Assembly (NCBI GenBank): GCA_036170915.1
Contig: JAVHQC010000006.1
Location: forward strand, 64,001-128,000
Direction of reading: 5' to 3'
Origin: Cyanobacteria bacterium auto_48_18
GTDB taxonomy: Bacteria > Cyanobacteriota > Vampirovibrionia > Obscuribacterales > Obscuribacteraceae
DNA length: 64,000 nucleotides
In this document: one piece after another, positions 47,656 through 55,354 of the stretch
How positions within the stretch are numbered: position 1 is the stretch's first letter
How the letters are laid out: every line of letters starts with the position of its first letter
Notes under the pieces: generated by a model
Seen by the model: the letters and a program-made list of their open reading frames with translations, nothing else
What the model was told of the DNA's origin: nothing
The model's database searches: none
Translations under genes and position numbers: made by a program

Positions 47656-48345
47656 ATGTTTGCCAAACGTTGCAGTTTCAGAACTTATCAGTTGATTTTA
47701 GCCACTATTTCTCTTGCCAGTCTTGTATCTGCGCCCGCTGCCATGGCTCAGGTCGCCGGGGCAAATCAGAGCATTTATCGCGACGAGCAAGAAATGCTAA
47801 ATACTGACCAGGCCATGATTAACCAGTATCAGACTTCTGAAACAGCGGCGGAGAACAAACTCGCTGCGGAGCAGGCAAAAACTAATGCCTACAGATTATA
47901 TGCTGAAGAGCGTATTGCCCAACTCGAGCAAAATAAAAGCAAATCGCCTGCGCTGGCCGGTTCCAAAGCTGGTGAGATGAGAGTTTTGCAGCAATGGTTG
48001 ATGCAAGACAATGCTTATCGCGCCAAACAGCAGGCTTATATCGACCAATTAGAGCAGTGCATCAGCAATTTGCGCACTAGCCAAACCAACACTTTGGCTA
48101 ATTTGAACACTGATATCAATTCTATGCGCCAGAGTGTGCAAGATGGCAAAGATCAGCAAAAATTTGAAAATCAGATGCAGATGAACCAGTTTAACGAGCT
48201 GAAGAGTGAAATGGGCGCCTGTTCCTGGGGTGATACTCCTAGAGATGGCACTTACAACTCGGTGGGTGGTTACGGCTTCAATGGAGGCTATGGCTACAGC
48301 ATGGGGGGCGGACGCCGCTGGCTCGGGGGCGGTCGAGGTTATTAA
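47656..48345 (+). CDS. Secreted coiled-coil protein with a Gly/Tyr-rich C-terminus
   Basis: GAGGA RBS before the ATG at 47656, signal peptide (APAAMA) and a Q/E/N-rich helical body. Confidence 0.7.
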   Translation: MFAKRCSFRTYQLILATISLASLVSAPAAMAQVAGANQSIYRDEQEMLNTDQAMINQYQTSETAAENKLAAEQAKTNAYRLYAEERIAQLEQNKSKSPALAGSKAGEMRVLQQWLMQDNAYRAKQQAYIDQLEQCISNLRTSQTNTLANLNTDINSMRQSVQDGKDQQKFENQMQMNQFNELKSEMGACSWGDTPRDGTYNSVGGYGFNGGYGYSMGGGRRWLGGGRGY

Positions 48346-48348
48346 AGA

Positions 48349-50301
48349 TTGTCCGAAGCTGATACTAATAAAAAGAAAAAAGATGATACCGCTGCTGGTG
48401 GCGATCTTCCTGGCTCGCCCTCCGGTTACTCATTCTTTGTAAACGAACCAGGTAATGCTGCTTATACATTCGGTATGGATACCTCTCCTCCAGATTGGTT
48501 CCATACAATGACTTCAGGTATTAGTGTCTCTGCACCTTCTCCTTCTCCTAACCAAGCTTCCGGCCCTTCTCAGACTTCTTCAGTACCGCCTTCTGCCGGT
48601 GATGATGGCGACCATGCCAGTATTGCTCAAGATGTGATGTTTTCTCAAGGCGTGACCATTTCTCAAAACGCGGCGCCTACGCAGGAAGCAAAGGTTTTTG
48701 AAAATACTTTTGACTGGCAGCATACTAGTGTGGCTGAAAATGCCACCTATTCAGCAATGGCACACGTTACTCAAGATGCCTTCAATACGCCACATACAAA
48801 TGTGGCCCAGAATGCCAGCTATTCGCAGCAAGCTTCGGTGGCTCAAGACGCATTTGCTACACAGCAATCTAGCGTGCAAGCAAGCGTTGCTCAAAATGCT
48901 TTTTCTCTGGAAGATGCCAGTGTCTCTCAAGATGCCTTCCAAGTGCCTGAGGCTGCACCTTTTACTCAAGCAGAAAACTCTGACGGCACCGCTAAAAGTG
49001 CACCAGATTTGCGAGATTGGGGAGTGGTGCCTCCCACGGAACCGGCTTATGATGCCTATCAGGCTGATGCTGAAGGCTGGCCCAAGCAACGTGGGGCGAA
49101 AAGGCCACGTGAAGTAACTACCGCACCCTTGCACTTATCGGCTGATAAACGCTTTGCCAAGCTAGCGCTCACACCTGAGTTGACGGCCACCATCGATCGA
49201 ATTTACACACTGGTTGACCTCGACTTTAATGGCTATGTTGATTTCTTCGAACTTTCATCAGTGCTGGAAAGCGATCATCTAAGCGAGTCAGAGAAAGGCT
49301 TTGTACGTCTCATTTATGCAGTTGGATGCAAGGTTTTGGCAGAGCGGCCGCCAGTTTCTAATGGTACGGTGCCGGCGTTGACAAAACAAGATTTTACCCT
49401 TGCCTTTGCCTATCAGGTAGCCAGCACCATGGGTAATACCGAGGCAGTCAGCAAAGGTATTCTGCAAAGCGGACAGAGTACGAAAACCGGTCAATTTGTG
49501 GAGTTTAAGCCCTCACTTTATGCCGACCCTGATTATCCTCTGGTTTCAATCAAACCAGCTGCTGTGAAGCTAGGCACTATGGGCGATGCCTATTTCGCAG
49601 CTGGTGTGGGCTCACTGGCTGAAACTCGGCCGCGTGCCATGATGCGCATTATTTGCGAAAATCTTGACCATAGTTTTTCCATTAGCTTTCCCGGTGCTCA
49701 CGGCAAGCCACTAGAAGTGATGCCCCCTCGTCCGGAAGAGCTAATGCGCTATGCCCTGGCGGCCAAGTACGGCTTCTGGTTTCCTTTGTTGGAGAAGGCT
49801 AACGGTATCTATATGGCCCAGACTAATAGATTGGGTGCAAAGCTTGTGGATAAGCGTAATGAGTCATTTTCTCGCGCCGCTGAAGTAATTGAAACTTTAA
49901 CCGGTGCCACTACGGGCACACTGGTCACAGCTGATTGTTTGCCCGCAGATCTTTTGCGCAAGATTGCTGACCTGACTGGTAAAAAACAGCTAGTTATTGC
50001 TGTTTCTTCTGACTTTGTTCCTGATGCTTCGGCATTCGTGGGCACATCTCCTATTGCCAATAAGCCCTATCCGCTCACCGGTATCGATTTGCAGCGTGGC
50101 CAGGTCTTTCTCGCCAGTGTCTACGGCCAGGCTCAGAGCGCACTTGGTGATGAGCCGATGCAATTTAGCACCGAGCAATTTTTACGCTTTTTCAAAGTTG
50201 TTTATTATGAAGAAGACAGTGAGTCAGGCTCAAAGGTCTCTCATTTGATGCGCACTAAAAAGAAACCTAATGCTGGCGGCAATCCATGGAAACAAGCTTG
50301 A
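48349..50301 (+). CDS. Protein with SVAQ(D/N)A repeats, an EF-hand and a degenerate calpain-like (C2) domain
   Basis: EF-hand DLDFNGYVDFFEL. Calpain-like VKLGTMGDAYFAAG and WFPLLEKA, with catalytic residues replaced. Confidence 0.65.
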   Translation: MSEADTNKKKKDDTAAGGDLPGSPSGYSFFVNEPGNAAYTFGMDTSPPDWFHTMTSGISVSAPSPSPNQASGPSQTSSVPPSAGDDGDHASIAQDVMFSQGVTISQNAAPTQEAKVFENTFDWQHTSVAENATYSAMAHVTQDAFNTPHTNVAQNASYSQQASVAQDAFATQQSSVQASVAQNAFSLEDASVSQDAFQVPEAAPFTQAENSDGTAKSAPDLRDWGVVPPTEPAYDAYQADAEGWPKQRGAKRPREVTTAPLHLSADKRFAKLALTPELTATIDRIYTLVDLDFNGYVDFFELSSVLESDHLSESEKGFVRLIYAVGCKVLAERPPVSNGTVPALTKQDFTLAFAYQVASTMGNTEAVSKGILQSGQSTKTGQFVEFKPSLYADPDYPLVSIKPAAVKLGTMGDAYFAAGVGSLAETRPRAMMRIICENLDHSFSISFPGAHGKPLEVMPPRPEELMRYALAAKYGFWFPLLEKANGIYMAQTNRLGAKLVDKRNESFSRAAEVIETLTGATTGTLVTADCLPADLLRKIADLTGKKQLVIAVSSDFVPDASAFVGTSPIANKPYPLTGIDLQRGQVFLASVYGQAQSALGDEPMQFSTEQFLRFFKVVYYEEDSESGSKVSHLMRTKKKPNAGGNPWKQA

Positions 50302-50316
50302 TTGCCACCTTATATT

Positions 50317-50685
50317 TCAAGCTTTGTAGTTGCCGAATTCTTTGATCAAATCGGCCACAGCAGCTTTTAGCTCTTTGCCGGCAGTTAACTCGGCAATTTT
50401 TTGATCTTGCTTGAATGTCGTCAATGCCACTTCTGCTTTCTGCCTGACTCTGTCGTTAGGATGGGCTTGCGAGACAAAATAGAGGGGCGGAATGCTCACC
50501 GGTTTTTGTTCTTTAACCAATTGATCGATAACTATGCTGACTGCTTGATAATCTTCGTTTTTCAGCCCAGCGATTAATGCTTTGAAAAGCATATGATCGA
50601 TTTTATTGAAAATGCCTTTGGTGGCTGTAGAGACCAGATCGGCTACTGAATTAAACTGAGCACCATAATCACTCAAAATGGGCAC
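50317..50685 (-). CDS. Hypothetical helical protein
   Basis: 122-aa ORF filling the gap between genes, with a HEAT-like segment (HPNDRVRQKAEVAL). Confidence 0.6.
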   Translation of the reverse strand: MPILSDYGAQFNSVADLVSTATKGIFNKIDHMLFKALIAGLKNEDYQAVSIVIDQLVKEQKPVSIPPLYFVSQAHPNDRVRQKAEVALTTFKQDQKIAELTAGKELKAAVADLIKEFGNYKA

Positions 50686-50745
50686 CTTAAGAAAGCTGTT
50701 AAACTGTCGGGGCTAAAGAATAGATAGCTGCCATTATGTCATGGG

Positions 50746-53352
50746 TTGATAAGCTTGAGAAGTAAATCACTGCTGCCGGCGTCTGTGAGCCTGCTTTTGT
50801 GGCTTGCCGGTGCCAATGCGTGGGCTTCTCATGATAGTTTTCTCTTTGGTGAACAAGAGAAAATTACTACCTGGGACGGTGCCCTTAAAGCTTCCGACCT
50901 GGGCATCGTTAGCTTGATTAACAGCGGTTGGCAAGCCAATTTAAACCAAGTGTTAGTTGATCAATATCTCGCACGCACTGTACTCAATCAACTTGCTCCC
51001 GACTCAAAATCTCTCAAACAAATTGATAAAGTCAGCAGAGCTGCCGAGGTTCAGTTGCTGACAAAGTTTTCTAATCTTCGTTTGGCCCGGGCCGAAAAGA
51101 TATTGCAATTACATACACTGGCGAGAGCCCAGCAGTTTGACCAGGCTCGCAATCAGCTTATCGCTCTGATTGTTTTTCAGCAGTCATCGACAACGAAAGA
51201 GCCAGGAAAAAAAGAGCCTGACAAAAAAACGCCTGGCAAAGAACAGTCTGGCAAAAAACAGTCTGGCAAGAAACAGCCTGACAAAAAGCAGAACACTGCC
51301 AAGGCAAAGCTTTCTTTCGCTGCCGCCTATCAACTAGCAATGAAATTGGCTAATGATTTAAAAAACAGTGAACCCGAAAACAGCCGCTCTTTATTGACAG
51401 CATTAAACCTGCTTGCACAGTCAGGTGCTAAAGTGAAATCTATGAAGCCTTTCAATTTGGATATCGGCCAGAATGTTGATGCGGAGGCAGAAAGTCTCTA
51501 TTCAGACGGTGTGGCACTGTTTAAGGCGGGGCAATTTGAGAAGGCCGAAGCAAAGTTGCGCCAGGCTCTGACTGCTTATGAGCAGGCTAGTGGTGAAAAG
51601 AGACTGTTGCAAGAGCGCGAAACCCGACTGGCCCTGGCTCAGAGCTTAAGCGGCCTTGACCGTCGTGAAGAGGCTCTGCAACATTTTAGTGCCGTCATTG
51701 AAAATCTAAAACAGTCGCCACTTTCTGCCAGGCCGCAGACCGATGAAACTGTGGAGCAATTCATACGCTTGGCCGAAATTGGTCTGGTTGACTTACCTTT
51801 GCCGCCTGCAAAAAATTACATAATTACACAAGAGCAAAAAGACAAAGTCGTGCATAGCTTGCACGCTCTAGTTTCAGCTGCATATCTGTGCAAAATAGAC
51901 GGCAAGCTTAGCGAGGCTGCCCATCTTTTTCGTAAGGCCAATTTAGTCAGTCAATATTATTTTCCCGAACTAGAAGATTTGCGCTCTAGTGTTTCTTATG
52001 ATTTGGGTGAAACTTTATTTTGGGCTGGCTCCTGCGATGAAGCTGAGCACTATATGACCGAAGCGCTCAATTTGAGGGAAAAGAAAGGCAAAACCGATAA
52101 TGCTGCAGTTGATACACGAAGCACCCTTGGTCGTATTTTGATTGCAGCAGAGCGTGGAGAATTTGCCAGACGCTTTTACCTAGAGACCATGCAGCTTTTG
52201 GCCGCACGAGAGTTTGGCGCACCTGTTGATAATTTTCGAGCGCTTTCGTTTGAGCAATTGACTGAACAACTTTCGCAGCATTATTTTAAAACTGCTCAAA
52301 GGGCTTCAGATACGGCCAGTGAAAGTTTTAAGCGGCAATTCAGCGATGCACTTCAAGGTTACGCCGATGCCTCAATTGCTTGTAAGCGTTACGACCAGGC
52401 CACCATCAGTGATGCTGTTTTGCTTTCTATGCGGGAAGCCAAAGGCGATGAAAAAGACCAGGTTTTAGCCACTTTATGGCAAATGGCCTGGGTGGCTCAG
52501 ATGGCCAATCAATTTGAAGAGTCGGCTAGACTTTATACGCGTATGATAGAAGAGTTTCCCCAGACAAAAATCAGGCAGGTGGCTGACTGGTATCAGTCTC
52601 GCGCCATTGCTCTCGATCTTCTCGGGCGCTATAAAGAAGCCACCAGTGATTTTAAAAAGGCACGCGATGGTTTTAAGATATGTCTTAAAGACGAGCAAGA
52701 TCTTGATGAAATCGACCGTCTCACTTGGACCATCGGTGACATTGAATATAACTTGTTAAGCCGCCATAAAAGCCCACCTTCAGATAGTGATTATCTTAAA
52801 GCCGAACCAACCTGTTTTTGGCAAGCAAAGCGCTTTCCACTAAAAGTATTTGTCGAGAGCAGCACCACCAATGGTTTCGGCGGCGATCTGAAAAAATTGA
52901 TGCTTAAGGCCATGGCGCAATGGACTGATTTTGAAAACTCACCAGTCAAGCTTGCTTTCGTCGACAGCGCTAAAGAGGCTGATGTATATATCGAAAGAGT
53001 GACTTCATATGACGATATTCCTTACAGTTCTGCCGGTCGCACCAGCGTAATTTACGTTAACGGTGATGCTGGTTCAAGAGCACTGGATAAGGCCCATGTG
53101 CGCGTCTACTGCCCATCATACGATGGGGAGTCTTCGGTGCAAAATGGCATTGACAAGATCATCAATCAAGAAATGAGTTCATTTGCAAAAACTCATCTTT
53201 ATACACTTTTTATGCACGAATTTGGTCACGTAATTGGAGTTGGGCACTCTCCCGCCGGGCAAGATGTAATGTACTGGAAGTCATGTTCGTCAGAGCTTTC
53301 TAGCCGTGACCGAGAAAGTATTCGCAAGCTTTATCGTCATAACCAAAAATAA
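50746..53352 (+). CDS. Secreted TPR protein with a C-terminal matrixin (M10-like) metallopeptidase
   Basis: Signal peptide, TPR-like repeats, HEFGHVIGVGHS and Met-turn DVMY. Confidence 0.85.
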   Translation: MISLRSKSLLPASVSLLLWLAGANAWASHDSFLFGEQEKITTWDGALKASDLGIVSLINSGWQANLNQVLVDQYLARTVLNQLAPDSKSLKQIDKVSRAAEVQLLTKFSNLRLARAEKILQLHTLARAQQFDQARNQLIALIVFQQSSTTKEPGKKEPDKKTPGKEQSGKKQSGKKQPDKKQNTAKAKLSFAAAYQLAMKLANDLKNSEPENSRSLLTALNLLAQSGAKVKSMKPFNLDIGQNVDAEAESLYSDGVALFKAGQFEKAEAKLRQALTAYEQASGEKRLLQERETRLALAQSLSGLDRREEALQHFSAVIENLKQSPLSARPQTDETVEQFIRLAEIGLVDLPLPPAKNYIITQEQKDKVVHSLHALVSAAYLCKIDGKLSEAAHLFRKANLVSQYYFPELEDLRSSVSYDLGETLFWAGSCDEAEHYMTEALNLREKKGKTDNAAVDTRSTLGRILIAAERGEFARRFYLETMQLLAAREFGAPVDNFRALSFEQLTEQLSQHYFKTAQRASDTASESFKRQFSDALQGYADASIACKRYDQATISDAVLLSMREAKGDEKDQVLATLWQMAWVAQMANQFEESARLYTRMIEEFPQTKIRQVADWYQSRAIALDLLGRYKEATSDFKKARDGFKICLKDEQDLDEIDRLTWTIGDIEYNLLSRHKSPPSDSDYLKAEPTCFWQAKRFPLKVFVESSTTNGFGGDLKKLMLKAMAQWTDFENSPVKLAFVDSAKEADVYIERVTSYDDIPYSSAGRTSVIYVNGDAGSRALDKAHVRVYCPSYDGESSVQNGIDKIINQEMSSFAKTHLYTLFMHEFGHVIGVGHSPAGQDVMYWKSCSSELSSRDRESIRKLYRHNQK
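51196..51285 (+). repeat. Six imperfect 15-nt coding repeats (KEPGK/KEPDK/KQSGK...)
   Basis: aaagagccaggaaaa aaagagcctgacaaa aaaacgcctggcaaa gaacagtctggcaaa aaacagtctggcaag aaacagcctgacaaa. Confidence 0.8.
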
Positions 53353-53459
53353 AGTTAGGCACTGGTGGTGCCAAATTTGAACACAAGGATTGTAAAGGGT
53401 TAATCTTGCTCAAACGGCAAGCGGCTAAAATGTTGCTTGCCCCTACTTTGAGAATAGAT

Positions 53460-54158
53460 ATGCATTCTGCCAAAACTGATCCTGGCATCCATCCAAGCCC
53501 TGTAGACCGCAACAAGTCGATTATCTGGGCCCGGTATCTAATTGATTCCACCGATTGGTTGATGCTTGCAATCAATGTCAGTCGCGCTGAACCTTCAGAT
53601 CTGCGCAATAGCGTTCTGTCGTCGTCTATACGACTTTTGACACTATCAGTGGTGACTCCAGGTGGCAAGGTTTTGTTTGAAACTATGCTCAAGCCACAGC
53701 AAGTTATACCCAACGAGCTGATTAGTGATCATGGTATTGATCAAGCCGTGGTCTTTAATGCACTGCCTTTCAGTGAGATTGTTATTCACTTGAACAAATT
53801 GTTCGAAGGCAGAAAAGTATTGGCCTGGGATCTCAATGCATTGCAAGAATTGCTAGATGAAGTATCTACGGTTTATGCTCAACCGCAGTTGCCTTTAATC
53901 GGCTTTAGTCTGCGCCCTGAATATGCTCGATTTGTCGGGCAGATGGATACACAAGCCCATTATTCGCCACAAGAATTAAAGGTCGAAGGCAAAGGTGCTA
54001 CCGCCCAGTGTCGTGCTCTGCTATCTACACTTTACGAAATGGCCAGTTCTTCGCAATCTAGCAACAATGCTGTTGCCGGCAACCAAGGTTGGACTGGCGA
54101 ATTTTACCGGCCTAAAGTTTCGGCAACTGAAAAAATCAAAGACTTTCTAGGTCTTTAG
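53460..54158 (+). CDS. Catalytically degenerate DEDDh/DnaQ-like exonuclease-fold protein
   Basis: GKVLFETMLKP..IP..HGI..ALPFSEI..RKVLAW matches the DnaQ-fold scaffold, but the acidic and His catalytic motifs are absent. Confidence 0.6.
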   Translation: MHSAKTDPGIHPSPVDRNKSIIWARYLIDSTDWLMLAINVSRAEPSDLRNSVLSSSIRLLTLSVVTPGGKVLFETMLKPQQVIPNELISDHGIDQAVVFNALPFSEIVIHLNKLFEGRKVLAWDLNALQELLDEVSTVYAQPQLPLIGFSLRPEYARFVGQMDTQAHYSPQELKVEGKGATAQCRALLSTLYEMASSSQSSNNAVAGNQGWTGEFYRPKVSATEKIKDFLGL

Positions 54159-55194
54159 TAATCAATTGCAAGGCCGGATCGGATAAAAACCGCACGGGCA
54201 TAATTGGATCTAATAGAGTGGTGCCGGCACCAAATAGGCCGGTACCATAGTGATTGATTGGCACTCCCAGTCGCCTGTATAGCTCGACGGCAGCGCCAAT
54301 GCAGGTCCACCTATCGCTGGCTATGCGGCCCATAAAGGTACCGAACCAGTCGTAGCCGCTGGCATGAAAAAATTTTTGCAGCCCATTTTTAATAGATTGT
54401 GGCAAAGGCAGATAATCAATTCTTTTTGCTAATCGAATATTCTCTTCAATGGCCCATTTTTTATTGGTCTGAACCATTTCTAAAGCTGCGTCGGCGGCCT
54501 TCTTTTTTTGCTCCGCTGTCCACGGTGTCTTTAAATGCAGGCCTACATAGTGACCTTTGTAGCCCGCACCTGTGAGATCATCAATGTCGTGCAAAATGCA
54601 GCCTTTCGCCATATATGAGCTGAAAAGCATTTTTTTACCGTCCGCCATTTCAATTACTGTTTCGGCATGACCAACACTTTCATGCAAAGTTTTGGCGATA
54701 TTTCCGCTGGTGAGAAGCAAATCGCCTGATTGCAGTACCGCAGCCGGCGGATTAATTAGCGTATTCAAAGGCACGGGCCCATACCCCTGTTTCTTGAACC
54801 GTGCTTTGTTTCTTCTGTAAAGAACGAAAATATAGATCCATAGGGCCAGCTCTGCCAGGGCAAATACATGCACCACTGGATGAATGGCCCTGGCCAAAAG
54901 AGCGACTGAACTCATGAGGATACCGAGCACCACTGGTAGTTGCAGCTCAATGCGCGAGAGCACATCAAAATAAGTCTGTAATAAATGGTCTACTTTTATA
55001 CGAGTTAAAATCAACCAGGCGCCGCTTACCGCTACGCAACCGCCCGATAGCTGCACGTCTAACTGGCCGCTGAAAAATTTCCATGTCAGCCAGATTAAGG
55101 CCAAGTAGCTGATGGTATTGAGGCCTTTTACCAGGCTAAAGTAAGCAGGTGTGCGTTGTACTTCAACGCTGGCGGCTGGTGGACAATAAGACAT
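54136..55194 (-). CDS. Membrane protein with a permuted papain-like (YiiX/YebB/LRAT-type NlpC/P60) domain
   Basis: About 4 TM helices, then LQSGDLLL, GHAETV, GYD and WTCIGAAVELY (His before Cys). Confidence 0.7.
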   Translation of the reverse strand: MSYCPPAASVEVQRTPAYFSLVKGLNTISYLALIWLTWKFFSGQLDVQLSGGCVAVSGAWLILTRIKVDHLLQTYFDVLSRIELQLPVVLGILMSSVALLARAIHPVVHVFALAELALWIYIFVLYRRNKARFKKQGYGPVPLNTLINPPAAVLQSGDLLLTSGNIAKTLHESVGHAETVIEMADGKKMLFSSYMAKGCILHDIDDLTGAGYKGHYVGLHLKTPWTAEQKKKAADAALEMVQTNKKWAIEENIRLAKRIDYLPLPQSIKNGLQKFFHASGYDWFGTFMGRIASDRWTCIGAAVELYRRLGVPINHYGTGLFGAGTTLLDPIMPVRFLSDPALQLITKDLESL

Positions 55195-55354
55195 CGCCCT
55201 AATTTACAGGGCCGTAGAGTTTTTGGCCAGCTTTGCGTGTTCCAGCTTTAACTTCTCAGCTTTACCTTTTAGGGATGAGATGAGAATTCTTCCTAACTTC
55301 TCCATAAGCAGTGTCAGGTTGGTAGAATGCTCAATTTAGGCCCTGCTCTCTCAT

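Noticed and set aside
3633..51285. Short tandem repeats as a CRISPR array
   Set aside because: The repeats at 3633, 25722 and 51196 are in-frame coding repeats with no unique spacers.
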